DNA of 46,809 nucleotides from Oscillospiraceae bacterium (GCA_051881895.1 JBJEQT010000098.1:1-46809), one strand, 5' to 3'; shown: positions 9,489 to 19,758, numbered from the stretch's first letter. Numbers and translations are program-made. Notes: a model not told the origin generated them from the letters alone.

Positions 9489-10811
9489 TTAAGAAAAAAG
9501 AGACGATTGGTCTAAAATCACATCGTAAATCAGCGGCATTTCAGCCGGTTTTTCCGCCGAGAATACATAGCTTTTCCGCAGCGCCTCACAAGCCTGCTCC
9601 AGCCGGTCCGGCCGGTTGGTGTAAAGCCGGGCCAGTATCTCTCCCTTGTGAACCGATTCGCCGATTTTTTTGCACAGAAAGATACCTGCCGCCGGGTCGA
9701 TGGCGTTGTCCTTTGTCTCCCGGCCCGCTCCCAGCAGCATGGACGCCCGGCCGCAGCTTTCCGCATCCATCCGCTGAATCCAGCCGCCCTGCGGGGCAGA
9801 CAATTCATACACCGAATCCTTTTCGTACAACGCTTGCGGCCGGTTTAAAATAGAAGCATCGCCGCCCTGGGCAACAATCATCTGCCCAAATTTTCCCAGC
9901 GCCGCCCCGTTTTCCAGCGCCTTTTGGGCGATCAAGCGGCATTCTTCCGGACTGCCCTTTCGCGCCAGCGACAGCATCTGCGCCGCCAGTTCCAGGCAGA
10001 CGCTGCGCAAATCATCCGGTCCGTTTCCTTTTAAAACAGCAATGGCCTCCGCCACCTCTATCCCGTTGCCGACGCAGCGGCCCAGCGGGACATCCATGTT
10101 GGTAATCACCGCGGCCATCCGGCGCCCGCAGGCCTGACCGATTTTCACCATCTCCCGCGCCAGGCAGGAAGCATCCTGCGCCGTTTTCATAAACGCGCCG
10201 CTGCCGCACTTTACATCCAGCACGATGGCCTGCGCACCGGCGGCAATCTTTTTGCTCATCACCGACGCGGCGATAAGCGGGATGGAATCCACCGTGGCGG
10301 TAACGTCCCGCAAGGCATAGAGCTTTTTGTCCGCCGGCGCCAGATTCCCTGCCTGACCGGCTACGCAGACGCCGATTTCCCGCACGTTTTTTAAAAAGGT
10401 CTCCCGGTCCACACAAGTGCGAAAACCCGGAATTGCCTCCAGCTTATCCACCGTTCCGCCGGTATGTCCCAGGCCCCGTCCGCTCATTTTGGCCACCGGT
10501 ACGCCGCAGGACGCCACCAGCGGCGCCAAAATCAGGGTCGTTTTATCGCCGACGCCGCCGGTACTGTGCTTATCCACTTTCACGCCGGGGATTGAGGACA
10601 GATCCACCTGATCGCCGGAGCGGGCCATTGCGTCGGTCATCCAGGCGGTTTCCTGCTCGGTCATCCCCGTAAAGCAGATTGCCATCAGCAAAGCCGCCGC
10701 CTGATAATCGGGGATCCTCCCTGCGGTGAATTCCCTAATAAAATAGCGGATCTCTTCCTCCCGCAGCTGGCCTGCGCGCTTTTTTCTCTCGATCAAATCG
10801 ATCATTCGCAT
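9489..10811 (-). CDS. pdp: Pyrimidine-nucleoside (thymidine) phosphorylase
   Basis: MRMIDLIERKKRAGQL... with VDKHSTGGVGDKTTL and MSGRGLGHTGGTVDKLE motifs. ATG 10811 overlaps the cdd stop (10802..10804), indicating translational coupling. The track N-terminal extension to 10931 lies inside cdd. Confidence 0.9.
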   Translation of the reverse strand: MRMIDLIERKKRAGQLREEEIRYFIREFTAGRIPDYQAAALLMAICFTGMTEQETAWMTDAMARSGDQVDLSSIPGVKVDKHSTGGVGDKTTLILAPLVASCGVPVAKMSGRGLGHTGGTVDKLEAIPGFRTCVDRETFLKNVREIGVCVAGQAGNLAPADKKLYALRDVTATVDSIPLIAASVMSKKIAAGAQAIVLDVKCGSGAFMKTAQDASCLAREMVKIGQACGRRMAAVITNMDVPLGRCVGNGIEVAEAIAVLKGNGPDDLRSVCLELAAQMLSLARKGSPEECRLIAQKALENGAALGKFGQMIVAQGGDASILNRPQALYEKDSVYELSAPQGGWIQRMDAESCGRASMLLGAGRETKDNAIDPAAGIFLCKKIGESVHKGEILARLYTNRPDRLEQACEALRKSYVFSAEKPAEMPLIYDVILDQSSLFS

Positions 10812-11227
10812 ACCGGTCCCCCCTTTCCCAGCTTGCCCGGCCCAAAGCCCATAGGCAGCAGTTGGCCCAGTGTGACCTGCCGGTAATCCTCTTTCGATTT
10901 TGCCAAAATGACCGGCATATCTTCTTCGCAAAATTCAAACAGCATCTGCCGGCAAACGCCGCAGGGTGACGTGTAATCTGCATCGGCGCCGCCGGAAGAG
11001 ACGATTGCCAACGCCGAAAACGCCCTCTCCCCCTCGCTCACCGCTTTGACCAGCGCAGTCCGCTCCGCGCAGGTGGTGGGGGTATAAGCGCAGGACTCCA
11101 CGTTGCATCCTACATAGACAGTGCCGCTCTTTCCCAAAAGCGCCGCGCCGACCCGAAACCCCGAATACGGGGCATAGGCCCGCTCCATTCCTTCAAATGC
11201 TTTTTCGATCAATTTGTCCCAATCCAT
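10802..11227 (-). CDS. cdd: Cytidine deaminase
   Basis: 141 aa with zinc-binding motifs CAERTAL and PCGVCRQ. Confidence 0.9.
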   Translation of the reverse strand: MDWDKLIEKAFEGMERAYAPYSGFRVGAALLGKSGTVYVGCNVESCAYTPTTCAERTALVKAVSEGERAFSALAIVSSGGADADYTSPCGVCRQMLFEFCEEDMPVILAKSKEDYRQVTLGQLLPMGFGPGKLGKGGPVCE

Positions 11228-11236
11228 AAAAGCCTC

Positions 11237-12403
11237 CTATTTCGCAATCATCGGCCAAAAACTCGTTCCGAAAATCCGCTCTTTTTCCAGCCCGAACGCA
11301 TCCAAAACCGCAGCGCCCACATCGCCGAAGCAGTCCCTTGTCCCCAAATCAACCCCAGGTCGGATCGGGCGGCCATATGCCAAAAACGGCACCCGCTCCC
11401 GAGAATGGTCGGTGCTTGGGGTGGAGGGGTCGCAGCCGTGGTCGGCGGTGATCATCAGCACGTCTTCTTCTCCCAGGCACGGCAAAAAACCGCCGAGCCA
11501 CCGGTCGAATTCGCTTAATGCCGCCGCGTAACCGTCCACGTCGTTGCGGTGCCCGTACAGCATATCGAAATCCACAAGGTTGATAAAGGCAAGTCCGTTA
11601 AAATCCCGCTTTAAAAGCTGTTTTGTCTTTTCCATCCCATCGGCATTGCCCTTGGTGGGCAGGCTTTCGGTCAATCCCTGCCCCGCAAAAATATCTCCGA
11701 TTTTTCCCACGCCGATCACATCCATTCCCGCTTGCCGCAAAACATCCAGCATGGTGACCGCAGGGGGCAACAAGGAAAAGTCGTGCCGGTTGGCTGTTCT
11801 GATAAAATGAGGCGCCTTACCGGTAAATGGCCGGGCAATGACCCGCCCCACTCCGTTCTTCCCGGTCAGGACCCTTCGCGCCGCCCGGCAGTATTCATAC
11901 AACTGTTCCGGCGGCACCAGCTCTTCGTGCGCCGCGATTTGGAACACGCTGTCCGCAGAGGTATAGACAATCAGCTTGCCGGTTCGCAGATGCTCTTCGC
12001 CGTAATCGGCAATCACCTGCGTGCCGGAATAGGGCTTGTTGCACAGCACGCCCCGTCCGGTTTCCTGCCGGAAAGCATCGATAATCTGAGGCGGGAAGCC
12101 GTTGGGGTAAACCGGCAGCGATTCGGGGGAATGGATGCCCGCAATCTCCCAATGGCCGATGGTCGTATCCTTCCCGCGGGAGGCTTCGGTCAGCCGCCCG
12201 AATGCACCGGCGGCCGGTCCCCCTTTGGGCCCGGGCGTCCCTTCGATTGCAAAAAGGCCCAGTTTTTTTAGCTGCGGCACCGAAAAATGCCGCGACTGCA
12301 TCACTGCCCGAAGCGTATCGCTTCCCGCATCGCCAAAGTCCGCCGCGTCCGGCGCTCTGCCGATGCCGAAGCTGTCCAGCACAATCAAAAAAATCCGTTT
12401 CAT
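11237..12403 (-). CDS. deoB: Phosphopentomutase
   Basis: MKRIFLIVLDSFGIG..., ITADHGCDPS. ATG 12403 is preceded by AAAGGGGA. The track start at 12454 adds a 17-aa extension with no RBS. Confidence 0.9.
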   Translation of the reverse strand: MKRIFLIVLDSFGIGRAPDAADFGDAGSDTLRAVMQSRHFSVPQLKKLGLFAIEGTPGPKGGPAAGAFGRLTEASRGKDTTIGHWEIAGIHSPESLPVYPNGFPPQIIDAFRQETGRGVLCNKPYSGTQVIADYGEEHLRTGKLIVYTSADSVFQIAAHEELVPPEQLYEYCRAARRVLTGKNGVGRVIARPFTGKAPHFIRTANRHDFSLLPPAVTMLDVLRQAGMDVIGVGKIGDIFAGQGLTESLPTKGNADGMEKTKQLLKRDFNGLAFINLVDFDMLYGHRNDVDGYAAALSEFDRWLGGFLPCLGEEDVLMITADHGCDPSTPSTDHSRERVPFLAYGRPIRPGVDLGTRDCFGDVGAAVLDAFGLEKERIFGTSFWPMIAK

Positions 12404-12454
12404 CGCCAATCCCCTTTCTGCTGTGTCTGCCAAAAACAATGGTATCACGAACAA

Positions 12455-12520
12455 GCGAAAAAAGCAGGCGACTTATGAAAAACGCGGCAAAAAACGCCGA
12501 TTTTTCCAAGCACCTGCTTT
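12455..12520 (-). terminator. Possible branched terminator after the cyclophilin gene
   Basis: Minus strand AAAGCAGGTG (12520..12511) can pair with CGCCTGCTTT (12470..12461), with one G-U pair, and TTT follows. The loop is large and contains a small inner hairpin. Confidence 0.35.
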
Positions 12521-12536
12521 CTCATTTCAAACCAAT

Positions 12537-13265
12537 CTAGCCCTGATATTTTTCCACGGACATGGAATTGATGACGACATTTTCTTTTGGAACGCCGTTT
12601 TCATCCACTTCCACCGCCGCGATGGCATCCAGCACATCCAACCCGTCGTACACCTGGGCGAACACCACCTGCTTGGTATCCAGCCAGGGCGCGCCGCCAA
12701 CGCCGGCATATTTGAGAACGATATTGCTGGGGAAGCCGATATTCTTCATTTCCAGCAACATATCCGCACTGACGCTGGCAGACTGAACAAAGCAAAAACG
12801 GCTGCCATTGTTGTCCGCTTCCCCGTCGTTTACCATGGAAAGAGCGCCGTTAAAATGCCACAAATCCATGGAATACTCGTCTTCAAACGGCTGGATTCGG
12901 CCATCGTCATCCTTGAAAATGCTCTCGCCGCCGGTTCCATCCCCTTTGGGGTCGCCGGTGTACAGGCATTTATCTTTCTGGATCTTGTAAAATTTCAGGC
13001 CGTTATAGTATCCTTCTTTGGCGTGGGTCACGAAGTTTTCCACCGCCTTTGGGGCGATCTCCGGGAAAAGCATGACTTTCAGCGTACCCATGCTGGTATG
13101 GATGACGACGATTTCGTCCCCCTCTTCCGGCAGGCCAAATTGCAAAAGAGCAGAAGCGCTCATTTCTTCTTCCTGGGTATCAGGGACGGAGGACTGTGCC
13201 GCGTCGCCGCAGCCGGATAAAAGAAGTAGCGCCATCGCCAACAGCAAACACGCCCATTTTTTCAT
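12537..13265 (-). CDS. Cyclophilin-type peptidyl-prolyl cis-trans isomerase, lipoprotein
   Basis: Signal/lipobox MKKWACLLLAMALLLLSGCGD. Cyclophilin motifs FYKIQKDKCLYTGDPKGDGTGGESIF and GALSMVNDGEADNNGSRFCFV. I prefer ATG 13265; the track start at 13283 is a GTG. Confidence 0.85.
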   Translation of the reverse strand: MKKWACLLLAMALLLLSGCGDAAQSSVPDTQEEEMSASALLQFGLPEEGDEIVVIHTSMGTLKVMLFPEIAPKAVENFVTHAKEGYYNGLKFYKIQKDKCLYTGDPKGDGTGGESIFKDDDGRIQPFEDEYSMDLWHFNGALSMVNDGEADNNGSRFCFVQSASVSADMLLEMKNIGFPSNIVLKYAGVGGAPWLDTKQVVFAQVYDGLDVLDAIAAVEVDENGVPKENVVINSMSVEKYQG

Positions 13266-13327
13266 ATGTTTCAAATCAGTCACCTCTGAAATTCATTCAC
13301 GAAAGCAAATGTATTTTTTGCAGTACC

Positions 13328-13356
13328 ATTATAGCGGAAAACCATTTGCCAGGCAA
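13328..13356 (-). promoter_or_regulatory. Sigma-A type promoter for the cyclophilin gene
   Basis: Minus strand TTGCCT (13356..13351), 17-nt spacer, TATAAT (13333..13328). It lies about 60 nt upstream of the ATG. Confidence 0.6.
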
Positions 13357-13381
13357 GAGCCTCGATGATTTTTCCATTGTC

Positions 13382-14401
13382 TTACCGGGCGGAGCCGTAT
13401 CGAATGACATCTTCCGACAATTCATCGATAAAGTCAAAGCAGCAGCCGGTGCCGATGGCAACGCATTCCTCCGCCGATTCGGCCACCCTGGCTTTGACAT
13501 GCAGCGTTTGCCCGATCAACTCATCCAATCCGCGCAACAGCGAGCCGCCGCCGGTCATTACCACGCCTGACGTGAAAATATCTCCGACCAGTTCCGGGGG
13601 CGTCCGCTCCAGAACCGACTGCATCGCCGAAACAATTTGCTGGGCGACCTCCAAAAGGCTGGGCCGCAATTCCTGCGCGCTGATCGATCGTTTTTCCGGC
13701 AGGCCGGTGGTCAGGTTGCGCCCTTTTACATCGAATGTCCCGCTTCCCGGCTCCTGCGCGACGGTACCGATCTCCCGTTTGATCAGCTCCGCCATCTTTT
13801 CACCGATCAAAAGGCCGTAGCGCTCCCGCATATACCGCACGACCGCCTGGTCAAACTTGTCTCCGCCCAATTTGATGGACTCTTTCTGCACGATTCCATT
13901 TAAGGACAAAACCGCAATATCCGCCGTTCCGCCGCCGATATCCAGCACCATATTCCCTGACGGCTTGGAAACATCAATTTTCGCGCCAATGGCCGCCGCC
14001 ACCGGCTCCTCGATCAGGTACACCTTTCGCGCGCCCGCTTTTACTGCCGCTTCCACCACCGCGCGGGATTCCACATCGGTAATGGCGGAGGGAACGCACA
14101 GCGCCACCCGGGGTTTTAACAGCGGGTTTTGATATACTTTTTTCAAAAAGTGCTGCAGCATTTTTTCACACAGCTCATGATCGGAAATGACCCCCTGGTC
14201 CAGCGGCTTGACTGCGCGAATGCGGTCCGGTGTGCGGCCGATCATGGTATAGGCTTCCTGCCCAACGCACAGCACCTTGCCGGAACGGGTATCATACGCC
14301 ACCACCGACGGTTCTTTGAGCACGATCCCCTTGCCTTTTACATAAATAATAACCGTCGCCGTCCCCAAATCGATTCCGATGTCGGTAATCATTTCGTTCA
14401 T
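13382..14401 (-). CDS. mreB: Rod-shape determining actin homolog MreB/Mbl
   Basis: DIGIDLGTATV, DIGGGTADIAV and MTGGGSLLRGLD motifs. ATG 14401 overlaps the comFC stop (ATGA). The track N-terminal extension to 14548 lies inside comFC. Confidence 0.9.
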   Translation of the reverse strand: MNEMITDIGIDLGTATVIIYVKGKGIVLKEPSVVAYDTRSGKVLCVGQEAYTMIGRTPDRIRAVKPLDQGVISDHELCEKMLQHFLKKVYQNPLLKPRVALCVPSAITDVESRAVVEAAVKAGARKVYLIEEPVAAAIGAKIDVSKPSGNMVLDIGGGTADIAVLSLNGIVQKESIKLGGDKFDQAVVRYMRERYGLLIGEKMAELIKREIGTVAQEPGSGTFDVKGRNLTTGLPEKRSISAQELRPSLLEVAQQIVSAMQSVLERTPPELVGDIFTSGVVMTGGGSLLRGLDELIGQTLHVKARVAESAEECVAIGTGCCFDFIDELSEDVIRYGSAR

Positions 14402-15129
14402 TTCGCATACCCCCGATTCTGGTTTTTCCCCGCCGTTGTCATCAGGCAGGCGCACAAGATCCGATCCGCACCGGCAGCTTTCAGCGCGGCGGTACAAGCA
14501 TTCAAGGTGGAAAAAGTAGTCGCCACATCGTCTACCAACAAAATACAAACTCCCTGCAGGTCCTTTTTCTTACAGGCCAAAAACGCATCTTTTACATTTT
14601 CACCCCTGTCCTTCCCCTTTTGCAGATGCTGCGGCGGCGTCTTTCGGATTTTTCGCAGCAAATCCGGCCGGCACGCAACGCCCATTTCCCTCGACAGGGA
14701 CTGGGCCAGATACAGCGTTTGGTCAAATCGCTTCTTTTCCTTTTCGTACATCGGCACCGGAACGATATAATCAAAAGGCACCCCGACAAACGCGCCGCGT
14801 ACCCGTTCCAGAAAACGCGGGGCCAAAATACGGTCATAACAGGCCCGATCGCCCCGGAACTTGAATTGATGCAAAAGCAGGCGGCCGGTTTCTTCATAAT
14901 AATAAGCGCTTACCGACTGCTCAAACAAAAACGCTTTTCCATAATCGCACCGGCAGCGATCGGCGTCCCGCCCGCAAAAGCGGCAGGGATCTTTCCCCAC
15001 CTCATGCAGTCCGGCAGCGCACTTTTCGCACAGAAAGCCCTCTTTGGAAAGTTTGCCGCAAAGAAGACACCGGGGCGGAAACAGAAGATCTGCCAAAAAG
15101 CCGCCCAGGGAAAACCGTTTTTCTTTCAT
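14398..15129 (-). CDS. comFC: ComF family protein (ComFC-like phosphoribosyltransferase-fold protein)
   Basis: N-terminal zinc-finger cysteines (PRCLLCGK...CEKC...CRFCG...CRC) and the PRT motif ILLVDDVATTFSTL. Confidence 0.8.
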   Translation of the reverse strand: MKEKRFSLGGFLADLLFPPRCLLCGKLSKEGFLCEKCAAGLHEVGKDPCRFCGRDADRCRCDYGKAFLFEQSVSAYYYEETGRLLLHQFKFRGDRACYDRILAPRFLERVRGAFVGVPFDYIVPVPMYEKEKKRFDQTLYLAQSLSREMGVACRPDLLRKIRKTPPQHLQKGKDRGENVKDAFLACKKKDLQGVCILLVDDVATTFSTLNACTAALKAAGADRILCACLMTTAGKNQNRGYAK

Positions 15130-15146
15130 GCCGGATCACCCTTTCT

Positions 15147-17357
15147 CTACGCCTGGGTCTGCTCGGACAAAAAGCCGGCCAGGTTGGTATACCGGAGCGT
15201 TTTGCGGTTATTTTCCACCATCGCCGGGACCGCCCGGGAATTTCCCATAATCAGCAGAAGCTGCTTGGCGCGGGTCACCGCTGTGTACAAAAGATTGCGG
15301 TAATACAGCTTTCGGTTGGGCGAGTCTAAAGAGAGAATCACGCAGGGGAATTCACTGCCCTGGCTTTTATGAACGGTCACCGCATATGCCAACTCCAATT
15401 CGGACATCATATCCACCGAATAATCGGCAACCCGGTCATCATAGCGTATTTTGACCCTGCCCATGCTTTTATCAATAAAAATGATCTCTCCGATGTCGCC
15501 GTTAAACACGCCGACACCGTTTTCCTCATCGTCCTTTTTCCATATGATATCATAATTATTTTTGATTTGCATGACCTTATCCCCCAAACGGAACAGGTTG
15601 GCAAAAACTTTCACTTCCGGCTTATCCGGCGCGGGAGGGTTCAGCCGCTCCTGCAGCCGCCGGTTTAATTCCATCGTTCCAAGCTGCCCCATCCGGCTGG
15701 GGCAAAGCACCTGGATATCGGTCATGGGGGAAAAACCGTACTGCTTTGGCAGCCGCCGCTGCACCAGATCCAGAAGCGTTTCGGTCACTGCCTGATAGCT
15801 TCCGCCCGCCAGATAGAAAAAGTCCTTGTCCCGGCAGGAAAGGTCTGGCTGCTCCCCGCGCACAATGGCGTGGGCGTTGGTGACGATCATACTCTCGGCC
15901 GCCTGCCGGAAAATCTCCTGCAGATGCACGGTTGGGATGACGTCTGCCTCGATCAAATCCTTGAGCACATTGCCCGCCCCTACCGACGGCAGCTGGTCGG
16001 TATCCCCTACCATGACCAGCCGGCATCCTAACTTCATAGCCCGAAGAAGGCTTTGAAACAGCAGCGTGTCCACCATGGACATCTCATCCACGACGATCAC
16101 ATCGGCAGGCAGTGTGTTGCGCTCGTCGCGCTTGAACACCGTTCCGGCACCGTCGCGGAAATCCACCTCCAGCAATCGGTGAATGGTCTTGGACTGCCGG
16201 CCTGTCAGCTCGCTCATCCGTTTGGCCGCCCGACCGGTGGGGGCTGCCAGCATCACCTTATCGCCCCGCTGCTCAAACAATTCGATAATGGCGTTGATAA
16301 TGGTAGTCTTACCGGTACCGGGGCCGCCGGTGAGGATAAACACCCCGTTATTCAGCGCCATGGTAATGGCTTTCCGCTGCCGGGATTCATAAACAATGCC
16401 CAGCTGCTCCTGCAGCGCATCGATCTGCCGGTCGTAAGTTTGTCCCAAATCCGGATAGGATGACAAAATCAGGGCCATCCGCCCGGCAATATAGGTTTCC
16501 GCCGCGTACAATTCCGGCAAAAACACAAAATCCCGGCCGCCGCAGAAACAGACCACCAGCTCATTCTCCCGCGACAGATCCTCCAGGCCCAGTTCCAGCG
16601 CCGCCCGGTCCACCTCCAGTAGTGTCCCCGCCACTTTGATGAGCGTTTCGGCAGGCAGACAGGTATGCCCGTTTCCCAGATTGTGGCTGAGCACAAACTG
16701 CAGGCCCGCCGCAATTCGCCGCGGATCATCCGGCGCAATGTCCATGGAGCGGGCGATACCGTCGGCCTGGTCAAAATCCAGCCCGATATCCGCCCGGCAA
16801 AGCACATAAGGATTCTCCCGGATGACATCCACCGCCATGGCCGCCCATTTCTTCCACACCCGCACACAGATGGAGGAGTGGATCTGGTACTTGGATAAAA
16901 ACAGCATCACCGCCCGAACGCCGAAAATCCGCTTAAACTCCTGGGCGATTTCCTCGGCCTTGCGCTGGGAAACGCCTTTGACCTGGCAAAGCTGCTCCGG
17001 GGCTTTTTCCATCACATCCAGGGTGTTTTCCCCGAACCGGTCCACAATACGGCGCGCCAAAGCAGGCCCGATCCCTTTGATCGCGCCTGCGGCCAGATAT
17101 TTATAAATCGCCCCCGCCGTAGCGGGCAGCTGCCGTTCATAGACCGATACCCGAAACTGGCTGCCAAAAGTAGGATGAGCCACATAGGTCCCGGTGAGAA
17201 CCAGCTCTTCCCCTTCGGCAACGCCGGGCATTTCGCCCACAACGGTGATCAATTCTCCGTCACTCGCCAGTTCCAGCACCGTGAAGCCGCTTTCTTCCTT
17301 TTGATAAACGATGTGCTCCACCGTACCGGTCAGGCGAAGGTATTCCTGTGCTTCCAT
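15147..17357 (-). CDS. recD2: SF1B ATP-dependent RecD-like DNA helicase (RecD2)
   Basis: 736 aa. Walker A LTGGPGTGKTT, Walker B VIVVDEMSMVD, C-terminal AVTVHKSQGSEF, and an N-terminal OB/HhH-like region. Confidence 0.9.
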   Translation of the reverse strand: MEAQEYLRLTGTVEHIVYQKEESGFTVLELASDGELITVVGEMPGVAEGEELVLTGTYVAHPTFGSQFRVSVYERQLPATAGAIYKYLAAGAIKGIGPALARRIVDRFGENTLDVMEKAPEQLCQVKGVSQRKAEEIAQEFKRIFGVRAVMLFLSKYQIHSSICVRVWKKWAAMAVDVIRENPYVLCRADIGLDFDQADGIARSMDIAPDDPRRIAAGLQFVLSHNLGNGHTCLPAETLIKVAGTLLEVDRAALELGLEDLSRENELVVCFCGGRDFVFLPELYAAETYIAGRMALILSSYPDLGQTYDRQIDALQEQLGIVYESRQRKAITMALNNGVFILTGGPGTGKTTIINAIIELFEQRGDKVMLAAPTGRAAKRMSELTGRQSKTIHRLLEVDFRDGAGTVFKRDERNTLPADVIVVDEMSMVDTLLFQSLLRAMKLGCRLVMVGDTDQLPSVGAGNVLKDLIEADVIPTVHLQEIFRQAAESMIVTNAHAIVRGEQPDLSCRDKDFFYLAGGSYQAVTETLLDLVQRRLPKQYGFSPMTDIQVLCPSRMGQLGTMELNRRLQERLNPPAPDKPEVKVFANLFRLGDKVMQIKNNYDIIWKKDDEENGVGVFNGDIGEIIFIDKSMGRVKIRYDDRVADYSVDMMSELELAYAVTVHKSQGSEFPCVILSLDSPNRKLYYRNLLYTAVTRAKQLLLIMGNSRAVPAMVENNRKTLRYTNLAGFLSEQTQA

Positions 17358-17412
17358 AATCCCTCAAACAGGCAAAATGCCTATGCTTTTTTATTCAGTA
17401 TACTACTTTTTT

Positions 17413-17757
17413 TTACGGATGCAAACCCTCTTTGCCGCTTAAAAGGCGGTTGAGCGTATCGAGATCCCCGATCTCGATATTCCCGTATTCCCGGCCAAAC
17501 CGGCGGCAGATCTGAGCCGTTTCGTCGCTCATCCCACAGTCCAGGATATACAAAAATCCGTATTTCCCGCCGGACCGGGTCTGCCAATAAGCCCAGCGCA
17601 GCTTTGCCTCCACAGAATCGTCCGAATCCCCCACCGGCAGCACCAGCGGCGCGAAAACCTCTTTTGCCGGCATCAGGAACAGCCGGTACAGCATCACGAC
17701 CAAAGACCAGGCTCCCACGGCAATCAAACAAATTTCCAAAAACAGCAAAATACCCAT
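17413..17757 (-). CDS. Hypothetical single-pass membrane protein
   Basis: I prefer ATG 17757 (MGILLFLEICLIAVGAWSLVVMLY...). It has one N-terminal TM helix and a soluble tail of about 85 aa. I recognise no family. The overlapping track ORF 17381..17731 is judged spurious. Confidence 0.5.
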   Translation of the reverse strand: MGILLFLEICLIAVGAWSLVVMLYRLFLMPAKEVFAPLVLPVGDSDDSVEAKLRWAYWQTRSGGKYGFLYILDCGMSDETAQICRRFGREYGNIEIGDLDTLNRLLSGKEGLHP

Positions 17758-17794
17758 GTTTTCACCCGCCCACTGTAAGATAGTGCATCTTATG

Positions 17795-17821
17795 CAAAAC
17801 GGGCACAAAAAGTGAGGAGGC
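17795..17821 (-). terminator. Probable intrinsic terminator after the 146-aa membrane protein gene
   Basis: Minus strand GTGATGGGAGGCCTCCTCAC forms a hairpin with one bulge and is followed by TTTTTGTG. It lies about 45 nt after the stop at 17867. Confidence 0.45.
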
Positions 17822-17866
17822 CTCCCATCACAGGAAACCTCCCCATTGTTGGAATCGTATCTGGGT

Positions 17867-18307
17867 TTACACCATTGGCCGGGTCTTTTGCCCGGCGGGA
17901 ACCATTTCGTTTTCATCCGACTCGACCGAATCCGTAATGTATTTCGCGCGGATATAGTATTTTTGTCGGGTGAGATAAACCAGAATCACCCCGGCTACCA
18001 GAATATCAAACAGGTTGCCGGTTACCCAGCTGTCGGACGGAAGCATTTCCACCGGCTGGAAAAACATAAATATAATGTTAAATACAGTTAAAGCGATTTC
18101 CAAAACAAAGAACCGGGAAATCTGACGCAGTCTGGCCTTTTGCATAAAAGTCATCGCTGCCACGTATACCGCTCCCACAATCAGTACAACGCAAAAAACA
18201 AGCACGATGACAGGCAGAAGCGATTCGTCACTGCGCAGGCTCAAAAACAGACATACGCTTTTCATCGCCGCCTGCAGCAGCAAATAAATCCCAATGATCT
18301 TCTTCAT
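17867..18307 (-). CDS. Hypothetical polytopic membrane protein (about 4 TM)
   Basis: Start ATG 18307 (MKKIIGIYLLLQAAM...) lies 6 nt after AAGGAG. The sequence is hydrophobic throughout, and I recognise no family. The gene is visibly more AT-rich than its neighbours. Confidence 0.6.
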   Translation of the reverse strand: MKKIIGIYLLLQAAMKSVCLFLSLRSDESLLPVIVLVFCVVLIVGAVYVAAMTFMQKARLRQISRFFVLEIALTVFNIIFMFFQPVEMLPSDSWVTGNLFDILVAGVILVYLTRQKYYIRAKYITDSVESDENEMVPAGQKTRPMV

Positions 18308-18403
18308 AAGCATCTCCTTATTCAGGATACAGCATTCCAACTATTTTTATTTTATCATGCTTTGTCAAGTCCTTTCAAAAGAGAGGGCTGAAAAGCAAAA
18401 TTT

Positions 18404-19141
18404 TTATCTATTTTTTTTGGGGACCGATTGCAAAAACGCAAGATCCGCAGCGTTCAGCGCCGCTTTTTCCAGCAGGTCCGGGCGCTTTTCACAGGTGCGC
18501 AGCAAAGACTGTTCCCGCCGCCAGCGGCTGATGTTGGCGTGGTGCCCGCTGAGCAGGACCGCCGGCACCTCTTTTTCGTGCCATACCGCCGGACGGGAAT
18601 ACTGCGGATATTCCAACAGGCCGTTAAAATGGCTTTCCTCCGTAAAACAGCTTTCGTCCGCCAGCACCCCTTCGCACAGCCGGCCTACGGTATCCACAAA
18701 AACCAGCGCGGGCAGCTCGCCGCCGGTGAGCACATAGTCGCCGATGGAAAGCTCCTCATCCACAATTTCCTCCAGCACCCGCTCGTCCACCCCTTCATAG
18801 TGGCCGCAGAGCAAGAACAGGTATTCCTGCCGGGAATATTCCACCGCCATCTGCTGGGTCAGGACTCTTCCCTGCGGCGACAGGTAAATAACATGGGGCT
18901 TTTGGGGCAGTTGGGCGCAGACCGCCTCATAACAGCGGAAAATAGGGTCTGCCTGCATGACCATCCCCATGCCGCCTCCATAGGGAGTATCATCTACCCG
19001 GCGGTGTTTATCCAGGGTGTAGTCGCGGATATTGTGACAGTGAATTTCCAATAATCCCGCCTCACGGGCGCGGCCGATAATACTCTCGCACAGCACCGCT
19101 TCGCACATGTCCGGAAACAGGGTTGCAATGTCAATCCGCAT
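18404..19141 (-). CDS. trmD: tRNA (guanine37-N1)-methyltransferase
   Basis: [12 protein letters not shown]..., [15 protein letters not shown] 19141 overlaps the rimM 3' end. The track start at 19147 is a TTG. Confidence 0.9.
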   Translation of the reverse strand: MRIDIATLFPDMCEAVLCESIIGRAREAGLLEIHCHNIRDYTLDKHRRVDDTPYGGGMGMVMQADPIFRCYEAVCAQLPQKPHVIYLSPQGRVLTQQMAVEYSRQEYLFLLCGHYEGVDERVLEEIVDEELSIGDYVLTGGELPALVFVDTVGRLCEGVLADESCFTEESHFNGLLEYPQYSRPAVWHEKEVPAVLLSGHHANISRWRREQSLLRTCEKRPDLLEKAALNAADLAFLQSVPKKNR

Positions 19142-19646
19142 CGTCAAACAGCCCTTTCAGCGGACGGATCCGCATGATACCGCCGTCCACATCGGTCTCG
19201 ACCACTACCTCCCGGATGGCTGGAATCAGCTTTTCCGCTTCCCCTGGCTTGGAGATATGATATACGTCGTTTGCCCCGGTCTGGGAAACATCGCTCAGAG
19301 TTCCGTATTCTTCTCCGGTATCCGCATCCACTACGGTAAGGCCGATTAGGTCCTGGATAAAATATTCGCCCTCTTCCAGCGGCATATCCGCCCGGTCGGC
19401 ATACAGGATCTGGTTGCGCAGCGCCTGGGCCGCTTCCAGCGTATCGACGCCCTGCAGCTTTAGCAGCACCATATTTTTATGGACCCGCGCCTGCTGCACC
19501 AAAACCGGGTCCTTTCCTTTATGAAAATAGAGAGTGGAAAAGCCGGTCAAAAAATCCGGGGTATCGCACCAGGGATAGACTTTGACCTCGCCCATCACGC
19601 CGTGGGTGGTCACGATTTTTCCGATCTCCAGAAATTTCTTTTTCAT
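19131..19646 (-). CDS. rimM: 16S rRNA processing protein RimM
   Basis: 171 aa. N-terminal [16 protein letters not shown] and a PRC-barrel C-terminal region. It occupies the conserved position between the KH gene and trmD. Confidence 0.9.
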   Translation of the reverse strand: MKKKFLEIGKIVTTHGVMGEVKVYPWCDTPDFLTGFSTLYFHKGKDPVLVQQARVHKNMVLLKLQGVDTLEAAQALRNQILYADRADMPLEEGEYFIQDLIGLTVVDADTGEEYGTLSDVSQTGANDVYHISKPGEAEKLIPAIREVVVETDVDGGIMRIRPLKGLFDDAD

Positions 19647-19758
19647 GGGATACTCTCCTTAAAACGCGCCGAAACAAAACGAGACTGCAACAAAAGGATA
19701 TCCGGATCATACCGCCTGCCCTTTTATTACAGTCCCTTTCGGCCTTTGTAAGCAAATA

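Noticed and set aside
17381-17731. 116-aa minus-strand ORF overlapping the 17413..17757 hypothetical gene in another frame.
   Set aside because: The translation is Gly/Arg/Ala-rich with no TM helix, motif or RBS. The alternative frame, with its hydrophobic N-terminal helix, is more protein-like.
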